Notes: a model not told the origin generated them from the letters alone. Shown: positions 12,801 through 24,700, counted from the first letter of the stretch. The stretch is DNA of 64,000 nt from Saccostrea echinata (GCF_033153115.1 NW_026889795.1:9982001-10046000); one strand, 5' to 3'. Numbers and translations: made by a program.

Positions 12801-15236
12801 TGTGAAAGGGTGAAAATAACACAAGGCGAAAATATCCCTAATACAGTACGACCCCGCAGCTCAGGAGTGGCTGTTATTAAGTTATATGTAATGTAAATAA
12901 AAGAGAGTTTAGACCCATTCACGCGATCAGGAATGAAAAACAAAATGTGTGGAAATATTTATATACACTGTACAAGTATCTATACAGACTGGCAGATATA
13001 TAAAACATCTGTTCAATGGTCTTTTATAGGGAACTGGAAGGTCTTGGGATTGGTTTCAAAGGAGGCGTGGTTATTATAAAGACGGACCAATCAATTTGTG
13101 AGTATGATCTTACATGTACCAAACAACATGTTATCTTCCAAACCAATGCTGATAAAAAATTTTGTATACATGTCATTTTGTGTTTCTCTTTAGCTCTAGC
13201 CCTTGTCCTAGAACACAACATATACCTAATTACAGGTAAGATATTTACAAAATGTAATCTAATTGCATATTCTAAATTAATGATAATTAAGTTACTTATA
13301 CATGTATACAACACATACTTAATAATTAACAAGTTACATGTACATGTAAGTTAGTTTCACAATATATACTAAGATATACCAAATTGCAGGTTAGTAATTT
13401 AAACAACAACATATAATCTAATGCAGCTTAGACCTTGCATCATGATATGCAAGTATTTATACATGTGAATACATAAAAAATCTGTTGCAAAGATTCCTTT
13501 TGTATATTCCCCTGGCCTGAAAAAAAAATTGTTAAAAAGCTCATCTTTTTTTTTCAAATACCTATGCATCTTTACTCACACATTTTTATTTCAGTGGTTG
13601 TGTAGGAGCAGATAACTTAGATGAGAAAGACAATGCCAGAGAACCTTTCAATCCCTATACCATCAAGAGAGTGAACATTCCTAGATACAGCGAGACAGGG
13701 CAGTAAGTACAGCTGCACTATTGATTATAACGACCTGGCTCCGGGGCCATAAAACTTAGATGATCTGAACTGTTGATTCTAATGACCTGGCTCCGGGGCC
13801 ATAAAACTTAGATGAGCAGAGCTGTTGATTCTAATGACCTGGCTCCGGGGCCATAAAACTTAGATGAGCAGAGCTGTTGATTCTAATGACCTGGCTCTGG
13901 GGCCATAAAACTTAGATGAGCAGAGCTGTTGATTCTAATGACCTGGCTCCGGGGCCATAAAACTTAGATGAGCTAAACTGTTGATTCTAATGACCTGGCT
14001 CCGGGGCCATAAAACTAAGATGAGCTGAACTGTTGATTCTAATGACCTGGCTCCGGGGCCATAAAACTAAGATGAGCTAAACTGTTGATTCTAATGACCT
14101 GGCTCCGGGGCCATAAAACTTAGATGAGCTGAACTGTTGATTCTAATAACCAGGCTCCAGGGCTATAAAACTTAGATGCATATGAGTTCTAACTTTTGAT
14201 CTCAGTCTCACTTTCAAAAAAGGAATTATATTTATTGGAAAAGTGACACTGAGATCAAAATTGATCTCATCTAAGTTTTATGGCCCTGGAGCCTAATTGT
14301 TCATCACAAAATAGACAAGATTTCCACAAAATAAAGTTCTATAGATAACTAAAAAGCATATGTTTCTTGAAAAATAAAATTCTACGAAAATTATGTCAAG
14401 ATCTTCATGTGTCTTCCTCTTTAGAACTTTGAATTGCATTACAAAAAAATCCAATAATATAAGTAACTGAGATTTTAAAAAATCTTGGTTATATGGAAAT
14501 TATATATCACTTCCAATCCCTCATATCCTAGAACTTCCTGGTATGGATAATTATAAAGAAATACATTATAAATAACTTACATTATAAATAACTAAAATAT
14601 TTATGTCCCAAGGAATTCCTTATGAACTAGTTTTACATCAATTATAATGCACAAATTTAACTTTCCATTCTTATTGAATTCTTTGATTTCTTTTCAGTCG
14701 GCCAAACATCCCAGGCTATCAGGGCTGTACTTTGTGGCAGGGAGTCTATGCTCCAGCTCATTCTATGAAAGTAATTAATGCTCAGAGCACCACTTCAACG
14801 GTTCATAAGTAAGTAATTAATGCTGCACCACTTCAGCAGTTCATAAGTAAGTAATTAATGCTCAGAGCACAACTCCAACAGTTCATAAGTAATTAATCAG
14901 TTCAGCAGTTCATAAGTAAGTAGTTCATGCTCAAAGCATCACTTTAATAGTTCATAAGTAATTAATGCTCAGAGCACCACTCCAACAGTTGGTCAAAGCC
15001 TCTCTCTCAATACTTTGTGTATTTTGGGGTCAAAGCCTCACTCTCAATTCTCTGTATTTTGTGGGTCAAAGCCTCACTCTCAGTTCTCTATTTTTAGATC
15101 AATGCCAATATCCCCCAATAACTCAAACCACAAGCGGGAGTCTCAGATGTCTAAGATGGTGACCACTGTTCCTCCTTGTAATCCATTCAACCAGATCAAC
15201 AAACTGGAGGAGGTGCTGGAGAGTAAAGTCCAGTAA
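6173..15236 (+). CDS. SPATA48: SPATA48/C7orf72-like protein; exons 6173-6707, 9289-9350, 11460-11551, 12280-12418, 13030-13097, 13194-13235, 13595-13702, 14698-14808, 15098-15236
   Basis: Nine exons splice in phase with GT..AG. Motifs WNSR..SQLGGWTS, STQKSYEEVPWDNMLPPK, WDWFQRR..PINFSSPCPRTQHIPNYSG, RPNIPGYQG and SKMVTTVPPCNPFN match my recollection of the SPATA48 family. Confidence 0.8.
6839..6901. repeat. Compound microsatellite (TTTA)n(GTT)n
   Basis: Direct reading; source of the YLFI and poly-Cys tail of the unspliced ORF. Confidence 0.9.
9705..10210. mobile_element. MITE with TA TSD and AGCATC-rich interior
   Basis: TA|CAGTGCAGGGAACTAATTTTGTTACA ... TGTAACAAAATTAGTTTCCTGCACTG|TA; 26-bp TIR with 1 mismatch. 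Confidence 0.85.
12386..12680 (+). repeat. About 55-bp tandem repeat spanning the exon 4 3' end and splice donor
   Basis: AAAAGATACGACCCCGCGGCTCAGGAATGGCAG|GTGAGTTACATGTAACGTA, about 5 copies plus a partial copy. Confidence 0.9.
13711..14293. repeat. Nine-copy 52-bp tandem array made from a MITE left end, followed by the rest of the MITE
   Basis: GACCTGGCTCCGGGGCCATAAAACTTAGATG recurs at 13732, 13784, 13836 ... 14148. The inverted counterpart CATCTAAGTTTTATGGCCCTGGAGCC is at 14268-14293. Confidence 0.9.
14771..15097 (+). repeat. Two adjacent tandem arrays filling SPATA48 intron 8 (about 42-bp donor-side and about 37-bp acceptor-side units)
   Basis: GTAATTAATGCTCAGAGCACCACTTCAACAGTTCATAAGTAA about 6 times, then GGTCAAAGCCTCACTCTCAATTCTCTGTATTTT 3 times. 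Confidence 0.85.
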
Positions 15237-18033
15237 ACAGTTAATAAGAAAGACGTCACATATCAGACTGTTCATTCTTTATTGTTTTTTGGAAGCTCAA
15301 TGTTTACCTTAAGTATTGAATAATGCATAGTAGTTAAGCTACGTTGATAAGTTGGCCACATTAAGGAGCTGGCCATTGTGGATACAAGAAACTTTTTTTT
15401 TAATTGAATTTTCCCAGAAAGCTATTTTTCTTCCTTATCTATTATATCTGGTGTTATATATGTTAAGTGTATTGATTACTGGTTTAGGGTCCTTAAAATT
15501 GGCCCACATATGTATTCTACACAGGCCATTGTAAATTTTCATTGCGTTAAAGGTACTTTTATTGAAACTGCCTTGTGACTTTCATGTCGTCTCTCTGGGA
15601 AGTGAAAATGATTTGAGTGTGCATAAAAAAGCTCAAAGTCTCAATGTTCAGGACAAATCAGTATTATTTTTATAAATGTAGACGATATATAAATAAAGGT
15701 AGTATTTTTCGTTTTGTAAATAAATATTCTGTAATATTTTTAAGTTGTTATGTTTCCCTCTATATGTTGTAAGATGATTGGTTAATATCATCAAATTCTG
15801 CACACTGCAACTAGATTTCCTATTCTTATGGAGTGATGCACTACTATAACTATGTCAGTTTTGTTGTTAGTGGGAGGAGGAAATTTAATACATGTTGTAT
15901 CTGTTGTATGAGAGTTTTCCCTCCTAGCTCCCCTTATTTCTGCTACTGTTGAAAAGAAGAATAAATATTTGTGCAGCTCATAATGGGTGGTATTATGGGT
16001 GTATGTGTCAGATGATTTTAATTTTCTTGAGTGAAGTATTTCATTTTATTTTTTTAAAATCTCTTGGATACTGTATATCTGTTGAATCCATTTACTGAAC
16101 TATTTTATGTATTTTTTTAAGCAAATAAAAATGTGATCTTGTTTGTTTTAACCTGTGTTCTATTCTTTATTTGTTCTTTGGACATTTTAGTTAAAAAAAA
16201 TCTCATCAAGACTTTGAAGATTTAATAACCGACAAAACAAAGTTGTTAATTTATTAATCGTTTCACTGACAATTTTCTATTGGCAATATAAGATATCTAT
16301 GTATACTGCCCCATAGATCAATGGTCTAAAAATGAAGAAAATTAAAACAAAAGGACCAATCGCATCGATATCTTTTCATTAATTTTTATGTTGACTCTAA
16401 CCTTTCTGATTTGATCCTTGAGATTCTGTGAAATCACTTATTTTCGTGGAAGTTAAATTTTCCTTGTTTTCGTGGTATGACGGAGCCTCGAATACAGCCC
16501 CCCCCCCCCCCCCCCCCCCCCCCCCGAAATGCTAAAATTTTATATAACAGTATCGTGTATCTTCTTCATCCACGAAGAAGAAATCCCCCGAACCAATATT
16601 TTATTCTCAATCCTAGAAAATTTGACCCCTCGAAGGGATTGTATAGTCTGTAAGCACAATTATGTTTTAATTTCATGTATAATGTAGATTCAAATTTGTC
16701 AATATCATAGTCCAGAGAACGGGAAAAGTGGACGAATATAAATGAACATATCAGGAAAACCTCTTTAGAAATTTGTTTACTAACCACAGCAGGGCTATGT
16801 ACAATATTACTGAAGCAACTTCATGTAGTGTTGGTTTTGTTCACATAAGTTTCCTAGTGGTGAGGGCACAAAGGATGTAAAAATTCATCATTATACCTCG
16901 GATTTTTTTTTGTTTAAATCGTCTTCTCAAGAAGAGAATGACCACAAAACATATTGATTGGCAGGTATTTTTATACGTTGTACGTTTAGATCTGCTCGAT
17001 CTGGAGCAAGGTTGGGCCAACAATATTGAGTGGAAATTTTACAAAATACAAAGGGAAAAGCAGAGTATGATAATTACAGGTCATAGAAAATCTTATTAAT
17101 ACTGTATGTACAGATTAATATATTTGTTATTTTCGCCCCGTATTAGTTTTGCCCTATTATATGTGCAAACAATTTTACCTCGTTATAAGTTCGCCCAGAT
17201 AAAATTGTTCTAAAAGATATAACTATGTAATTATTGAATTTGCTTCATTTTCGAGGGCGACAATTTTTCTATAAATATTTCATTTTATATACAAAATATA
17301 TGTTTACAGTAATCCAATGTAGATTCAGATATGCTGACGCGGGTACCTCCTTCAAGTTAGGGATGGAACAGCAAATATTGAAAGAATCTTTCAGGACTTT
17401 TTGTCATTCAAAGACGATCGAGTCAATATTAGTAAAATTACAATGCGCGCGTACACTCCCATGCAGTGTTGACTCGATCCAAAATCTTGGCTCGAGGTTT
17501 AAAGCTGAGGCTACAGTTGGGGATCAACTGTAGCGGAGCAGCAATTAACACAAGATGGTTTCAGAGTGGTGCCGTTTATTACAAGGATTATATACTAGTA
17601 CCAGATTCTGCAAAACAATAAAAAATTCATTAACTAAATTTGATATCACATATAACAGCAGAATCTGTTGTCATCATAAAATCAGATAATTACTACATAT
17701 TAATTAGGTCATAAAATAATAAATATTGACACAAGTCAATGAGTTATATCTCTTGACAATCGATATTTCTCTTTATATATTCACTTCATATAGTGGATAA
17801 TAAATATTTACCGTATACATATAGCTACATACAATGTACCAAACTATGGGTACGAATCCATCTTTAATATATTTCTAATACAGTATATATGTCTTGCTAT
17901 GGATTTAATATCTACAATTCATAAATAACATTTATACAATATATATCCTTTGTGTCATAAAATACATTAGTTCATTACAAAGATTAAAATCAACTAGTTC
18001 ATCAGCTTTTGACAAACTTAAATAATTTATTAA

Positions 18034-18168
18034 AGTAGGGAAAAAACCAGGGTTCTGGACCAGTGTCCTCCCATAGAGTTACTATGGAGGATCCTCCTGG
18101 TATCCTCCCAGCGTGTGAGGATACCCATGACGTCATCTAATGAATTTAATTAACAAATTAATTATGAA
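18034..18168 (+). repeat. Polinton left TIR
   Basis: Reverse complement of 27195-27329 with 2 mismatches in 135 bp; weaker similarity extends about 20 bp further. Confidence 0.95.
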
Positions 18169-18830
18169 ATATTAATTAAAATTAATTATATTTTGATTAT
18201 TAATTACATAATTTTTGAAACGATATGATTCTGTCATGTGTAGTCGGAGTGTCAATTAAATTAATTATATAATTATACACACTAGTAATCTCAAAATGTT
18301 TCAAACGCATTCGATTCTAACACAGATTCAATTCAACTAACTTTAGAGTAACTTTCAAAGAGTTAAGGCTTTTATGACATTATGTAACCATTTTCATTAA
18401 TGATATTATTTTTCCAAAAAGAATCATTTGAATTAGTCTCCCTATATCATAGAGTAGCCAACAAAGGTGTTATAGATAGTCCTCGCCAACAAAGGTGTTA
18501 TAGATAGTCCTCGCTTACAACAATAATTGATTCAAACACAATCGGGAGTTGCACTAACAAAATTTGAATCAGTGACAAGAGACAACATTTATTTTTTAAT
18601 TAGATTTTTATTTTCCCCGTTACAATTATGAAGCATGGGTTGGAGAGCCATCCCATGTCCATTTTACAATGACCTACAGCCTAGTCTATAATGTACAATA
18701 CATTTATTTACACTATGAGAGTCGTCTACCATCCATCATATCATACTGAAGCGATCTGTGTTTATGTACGCTCTTTCTGAAAAGATGGAATCTGATGTTT
18801 GACCTGTCCAGGGTAGTGCACTCTCCTATA

Positions 18831-19937
18831 TCATAGATTTGAAACATCAGACGCCTTGATCCAAGAATTAAATTTCTTTGGATAATAAAACCATTTGACG
18901 AAATATTGTTTGTTATTCCCCTTTCCTCTAGTCTTTAATATTTTTTCAACTTTCCATAGATCATCGTCTTTCACATCCACTCTTTGAAGTTCTGATTGAT
19001 AAAAAGATCCTTTGATTTCATCTCCGTCAAAATCCTCTACTCTGTAGACAGGTAAACCACCACGTAAAATCCTCTGAGAAATGATAAATATTTCACCCGT
19101 CCACCTTTCGTCATATTCGAGAGAAAATGGATTCCTGAGATGGGTAAGTCGAACGTGGTCACCGATTTTAAATCTAAAAGGTTTTCTTACAGTCTTCGTC
19201 TTTTTAATAACTGTGTGATCCTTTGGCCAATACATTTTCCACCACACAGCTGTTTCATTTCCACTGTTGACAATTTTAGGAGTCATACCGATAGTTCGGT
19301 GATATGTGCTATTGTAGCTTTTGACAAAAGTTTGAAGTTTTTCAATATATGCATACGACTTTTGGTAAGTAATAAAACGATATATCCTTGTCTTCATGGT
19401 TTTGATGACCCGCTCGGCAATTGCTGCTTTGGTTTCATTCTGAGCATAAAGATGTTGAACATCATGATCTTTGAAGAGTCTCTGAACTTCCTTCGCTCGA
19501 AATTCCTGTCCTTTATCTGTTCGTATTCTTTTAGGTACTCTATCCTCCTTGAAAATGTCCTCTAAAGCAATGGCTACTGTAACCCCCTTTTTGTTTTCCA
19601 AAGGACGCATCCACAGGTACTTTGATAGAACATCGATCACGACCAGTACATACATGAATCCTTCGTTGTACTTGGCAAACTTGGCCATATCCATGAGATC
19701 TGCAGACCACTGGTCATCAATACCCGTCACCATTATTTTGTTTCGTTGAAAACGTCTCCGTAGTGGTCTTTGTAAGCTGTAAGCTTCTTGTTTTTGCAAC
19801 CATTTCCTAATTTTGTATTTGCTAATTACATATTTACCGTCTTTTCTCACATACCGGAATAATTTGTCTGGTCCCAGAAAACTACCAGCATTATTTGGAT
19901 TGTAATAAATGTCACGTAAATAGTTCTCCCAAGACAT
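18831..19937 (-). CDS. Retroviral-like (rve) DDE integrase with C-terminal chromodomain, Polinton type
   Basis: 368 aa. QWSADLMDM (D), RIRTDKGQEF (D), AIAERVIKT (E), YNSTYHRTIGMTP, FKIGDHVRL; chromodomain WKVEKILKTR...QYFVKW...FNSWI. Confidence 0.95.
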   Translation of the reverse strand: MSWENYLRDIYYNPNNAGSFLGPDKLFRYVRKDGKYVISKYKIRKWLQKQEAYSLQRPLRRRFQRNKIMVTGIDDQWSADLMDMAKFAKYNEGFMYVLVVIDVLSKYLWMRPLENKKGVTVAIALEDIFKEDRVPKRIRTDKGQEFRAKEVQRLFKDHDVQHLYAQNETKAAIAERVIKTMKTRIYRFITYQKSYAYIEKLQTFVKSYNSTYHRTIGMTPKIVNSGNETAVWWKMYWPKDHTVIKKTKTVRKPFRFKIGDHVRLTHLRNPFSLEYDERWTGEIFIISQRILRGGLPVYRVEDFDGDEIKGSFYQSELQRVDVKDDDLWKVEKILKTRGKGNNKQYFVKWFYYPKKFNSWIKASDVSNL

Positions 19938-20007
19938 GTTTCCTCGTCAATCTCCAGCGGTAAAATGAAATAAAAGTTATATATTACATAAATTTATGGA
20001 GGACAAT

Positions 20008-21642
20008 TTATTCACCATTTTCATCCTCGGTTTCATCTTCAGAATCTGTGTCATCATCTTCATCATCTGTTTGTTCATCGTCTGTTAAATACATCATCTC
20101 CTCAAGGAGATGTTTGTACTTCCTGAGAGCCATACGAACAGCCGGTAAGTTTTCATATCCCTTTTTAAGGAACTTTTCAATACTATTCATTATTTTTCCG
20201 TGGATCTGTCCACCTTTCAAGTCTAAAATGTCCAGAATAGTTCTTCCATATAGGTCTAAAAATGCAATAAAATTGGTTTCCTGCATTTTGTTATTTGCTT
20301 TATTTTCTGCTTCCATTTTAGACAATCCCTCTTTTCGATATTTTTTGAACTTTTCATACCACGTATCCTCATTTTTAACCTTTGATCTTTTTTTCATTCT
20401 TTTGAAGTAGTCTTCTTCTGTTGATGCATTAGGAGAATCATCGTCATAGTCCATTGCGTATTCATCTGACTGAAAGATATGCTGCTTCTTTTTAAGTGGT
20501 TCCTCATAATCATCCAGAGGGAGTTGTCGTTTACGATTATCATTTTCCGGGCACCATCTCTTGACATGTTGTTGGAGGTCATGCGTACTATCAAATACGA
20601 GTCCACAATCATCACAAGATGCCATCATAGAACGCAAAGATGTATCAGTGGATTCAAAAGTTTGACTCTTTACTTCACCAGAGCTATTTAGATGCGTCCT
20701 TTCTTCTTCGGAAAATCTTTGCAAATGACTTGTTGTTTCTGGTTTGTGTTCTTTTATAGGCATGTCTGTGAAAATTTCAGTGCGCATGCGCATTGATTCA
20801 GGCGTTGTCGGTTTTAAATCTATTAAAAGATATCCAAAGGGTTTTTCTGTTGCTTCTTTGAAATGCCTCATCAATTGTTGGGTATTTCCAGGATACATCT
20901 GTCGAGCCAATGTCATCACTTGTTGTTTGTCTATTGGATTTTTAAAAAGAACGAGATAATGACAGTTTCGTCTTTGGGTTGGATCTTTGTTGTAGAACAA
21001 GTTTTGGTTAATAGCGATGACTGAAAGGTTTCTATGATGGCTTCCTTCAGTAAACAATTCATTGATCCGGGAATCCTTGGAGGTGCTTGACATCATATCA
21101 TCTAAAATCAACACATTTCTTTTTTGAGGATTTAAAAAAGAATCCTCTTCCAAATCCATTGGTATTCCTCGAATGAATTCCACGCTGGGGAAAACCGTGT
21201 CCTTTATGACGTCATACAAAGGTTGCCACCGTTTATAAAGCCAAATTATCCGTTCTGGCGGGGGAGCAATTTTGGTTAGACAGTTTTGTAATAGTAATTT
21301 GACAAAGTATGTTTTTCCACATGAGGTTGGTCCCGATACGTTTGCAGTAAATGGATGCTTGAATTGAAAAATCTGCTGCTGCTGCTTAAGATGTGTTTCC
21401 TGGTATTGTTTCTTTGAAGCGTCATTTATCTTTTGTTGCGTTAAAAAGGTTTCTTCTTGCAGTTGATTGTTTAAAGTGCTGTATAACTCTTGCTGCTGCT
21501 GCTGGGTTAACATTGTATATTCCTGCTGTTGGTTGAAACTTACGGTATATCCTTTATCTTTCCTCGGGTGTTTCAGTTTCAAGTGACGCTGTAAATCATG
21601 AGGCCACACGTAAGTTTTGGGGCAGAATTTACATTGATTCAT
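20008..21642 (-). CDS. Polinton packaging-type (A32/FtsK-HerA-like) ATPase with N- and C-terminal zinc fingers and an acidic tail
   Basis: 544 aa. Walker A HPFTANVSGPTSCGKT, Walker B LILDDMM, LFTEGSHHRNLSV, NCHYLVLFKNPID, KPFGYLLID. C2H2 finger CKFC..HLKLKH, polyQ tracts, second finger CDDC..HVKRWC. Confidence 0.9.
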   Translation of the reverse strand: MNQCKFCPKTYVWPHDLQRHLKLKHPRKDKGYTVSFNQQQEYTMLTQQQQQELYSTLNNQLQEETFLTQQKINDASKKQYQETHLKQQQQIFQFKHPFTANVSGPTSCGKTYFVKLLLQNCLTKIAPPPERIIWLYKRWQPLYDVIKDTVFPSVEFIRGIPMDLEEDSFLNPQKRNVLILDDMMSSTSKDSRINELFTEGSHHRNLSVIAINQNLFYNKDPTQRRNCHYLVLFKNPIDKQQVMTLARQMYPGNTQQLMRHFKEATEKPFGYLLIDLKPTTPESMRMRTEIFTDMPIKEHKPETTSHLQRFSEEERTHLNSSGEVKSQTFESTDTSLRSMMASCDDCGLVFDSTHDLQQHVKRWCPENDNRKRQLPLDDYEEPLKKKQHIFQSDEYAMDYDDDSPNASTEEDYFKRMKKRSKVKNEDTWYEKFKKYRKEGLSKMEAENKANNKMQETNFIAFLDLYGRTILDILDLKGGQIHGKIMNSIEKFLKKGYENLPAVRMALRKYKHLLEEMMYLTDDEQTDDEDDDTDSEDETEDENGE

Positions 21643-21705
21643 GATGATCGACGCTGACTCCTCGACTACAGAACATCAAATGACCAGTCTCTCTCATGTC
21701 ACTTC

Positions 21706-24700
21706 TTAAATACTCAAAGTCATTGCATTATGGGAAATTCTCCAATGTCCATGAGCTAATGTGTGAATTCCATCGTTCAATATATAACGTTTGTCATCAA
21801 AGGGGGAAAGAGATGTTTTGTTCAAGGCAATGGTATGTATCTGATGTTTTTCTGATCTAAATGTAATCATGGTTTCCATGTGAGATTCTCTTTGAAATAA
21901 ACATTCTTTGTACGACGAATGGCGCATAATCACCGATTTGCTGACACCTTTAGCTGTTGGTCCATAGGTAAGACTATACATTTTTGGTCTCAAACCTACA
22001 AATTCTGTCATAGGCTCTGACATGGTTTCATCTTTCATTTTACCCAAGACCTTTTTGTTGGTGTCATCATATAGAAAATGATCACTTGGGTAATCGCTGA
22101 AATCAAAATGGTGCTTTACTTTCTCCAGATCCTTGTACAAGTCTTCCGTAAATATATTGTAACATAAGGAATCTGTGTCTGTGAACAGTAACTCTTCATT
22201 TCCTCCATATGTGTATTTGACATTGTTGTAGTGGAAATGATACATCAGTACCTTTGACATTTCTAATATGGAAAATCCAACGTATATAGGGCAATTCAAG
22301 ACAAGATTCTGTTTTGTAAGTTCCACCGATGCCAGATCTTTGTTGAATATCTTAAATGATTTGAACCCTGGTTTTGCTGTAACCTTAAGAAGCCTTTGCT
22401 CCCGGTGAATAAGCTGAATATCTACTCGTTTTCTGAGATTTTCCATTGTCTTTCCAAACACACTGTTATTCATTAATTTGTAGAAGTCTTTTTCAAAGTC
22501 ATTCTTAGCTGCTTTTCGCATGTTTGTATTAAAGTCAATGTACTTTTTCAACCATGGCTCCTGTTGAAACGCAAGCACTTGATGAACTTTAGTGACCTTC
22601 ATACCGAGTGATAAGTATAGCTGCAAATTCCTATAGTGAATTACGTAATCGGTTTTGTTGTGGAGATTCGGAACTAATTTTCGAGTTGATGTTTCAAGAA
22701 GATTCAGCTCTTTGAGTAGTTCTTTCTGGTAGGATGATAGCATATTTGGTTTCACTTCAAATGGTTCTGGTGCTAACGGATAATCACTGTGAAGGTCATG
22801 TAATTCTGCTGGATAATCAAGATCCACTGATAAAATGTAGCCTTCTTTAAAATCTTCACTGATATTTTGAATATCAAAAGAATTTATTTCCTCCTTGGAA
22901 AGCCATCGGAATCCGTGTGATGTAAGAGCTTGACTCATTGACCATCCATATAAGTTGTTTGCATCTAGATACATGAGGTAATTGTTTGGTTGGCTATGAT
23001 TGTAATCTTCTACATATGGATTGTTAGCTTTGGCGTATCTTTGTGATATCATAGAAATGCCTCCCCTCAGACCCCTTTCAATGAATAGATGCATGTCAGG
23101 GTCTGTAAAAAGTTCTAAATGAACGTCTGTCATTTTTAGAGCCGCTTGCCATGCCAGTCCCGGGGCAGTGTAAAAATGTGCTGGGTCTAGTCCATAAATA
23201 CGAAGACAAAGATTTCTAAAGTTTTCAAATACATCGGCTAAAAGAATGATGTCAGTTTCCATATAGAGATCGTGATAGTCTCCTAAGTCGGACATCTCAA
23301 ATGTTTTCCAAACAGACTGTGCATGATAAAAATCAGCTTCTGACAAATCCTGATCATCAATACTACTATGAAAAGCTGATCTCTCTGGAAGACATTTTTC
23401 TCGAAATTTATCTATACTATCCATGTACTCGTAGGGATACACCCCTTTGCGCATGAGTAAATTCATCTTTTCGTTAATTTGACCTGGATGCTGCTTTTCA
23501 ATATAGTGATGAAGGTGCTTAAACTTCTCTACACCTTCCTTTGAAAGGTTTTTCACAAGTTTTTCTAGAGATGTTGACAGAAATTGAAAGGAATCAATGA
23601 AATCCAGTTTTCCCATTGAAAAAGATATGTACTTTTCATGGTTCTGTGGAATGCAGCTCAGTGTTTTGGTTTTCATTTTTCCAATTGCTTGCATGATTAT
23701 GTGGGAGTCGTATCCCCTTAAATTGTGAAATAATACAGGTATGCGTTCCCGTTGTTTCAGGTTAAGGTTGCATGTATTATGTGCAGCACCTCGGAACTTC
23801 CCAGTTACGTGGCAATGGTCGCGAACACGATCTGCACCCAATTCTTGCATACATATATGGCATTTTTCAGCAGTTTGAAACAAGTTTTCATCGTTTGTTG
23901 ACATCTCAAGAGGCAAAGGGTTCCGGAGAATTTTCATCAACCTTTCTTCCACTTGCACCATGTGTCAACAAACGTTTCGGCAACATTCTCTCCTCGGTAT
24001 GTCACGTGATCTTCCGTAAGATTGTCATCAGGTCCAACAATCTTATATGTAAACCCTGAAGGAGTGTGTTTTGCTAGCTTAGTTGTACTTGGCTTAGACA
24101 AGTTGGGTTGGCATGTTGAAATTTTGGAGGATATGCACTCAAAATCTGCATATATGACAAAATTAACTTTCTGTTGCTTGGAAACGTCAGAATAGCTCAG
24201 CCACTTATTTTCCTCTGAAGGCATTTCTATCCTTTGAGCTCCATGCACTTTGCAATAAGGTCTGTGCTTTTCCAACAGTTTTGCTTTTGTAAAGCCATGT
24301 AAACAATAGCAGCAGTAGAAATACTGGTTGCGATCGCTGTTTTGTTCGGCTAGAAGTCGATTAAAGTTTTTAATCCAGCAGTAATGTGATCGTTGTCCGT
24401 TTGTTATCACTAAAAGATCTACGTGACGCTCGAAACGCTGCTTTGTCAAATGAATGAGATAAACATGTCCTTTTTCATAACCAAAAACATTGACAGATAT
24501 GCCATTCTGGATTTCGAACTTAATAATGTCCTTCATCTGCATTGGAAATTCTATTCCAGTAAAGTCCAGTTCATCAACATATGGAGCGTAATTTGAAACC
24601 CTTTTGGCATGGTGTGCTGCTGGGTGTAGCGCAGATAAGATAGCCCATTGGAAGCATTTCTGATCTGTATTTTGTACGTTCACAATGGCTTTTTTGACTC

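Noticed and set aside
13711-14178. Regular repeat array resembling CRISPR
   Set aside because: Units are contiguous near-identical 52-mers with no unique spacers, no cas genes, and a eukaryotic intronic context.
17234-17600. GC-richer segment and 99-aa ORF as a gene fragment
   Set aside because: No recognisable motif in any frame I translated, and multiple stops in the most protein-like frame.
18715-18830. Short open stretch after the integrase as a penton remnant
   Set aside because: About 35 codons, no start context and no convincing motif; needs a profile search.
19140-24059. Plus-strand ORFs (19140-19565, 20048-20410, 23772-24059 and others) as extra Polinton genes such as capsid
   Set aside because: Antisense shadows of the long minus-strand genes; no recognisable motifs and too short for capsid or protease.
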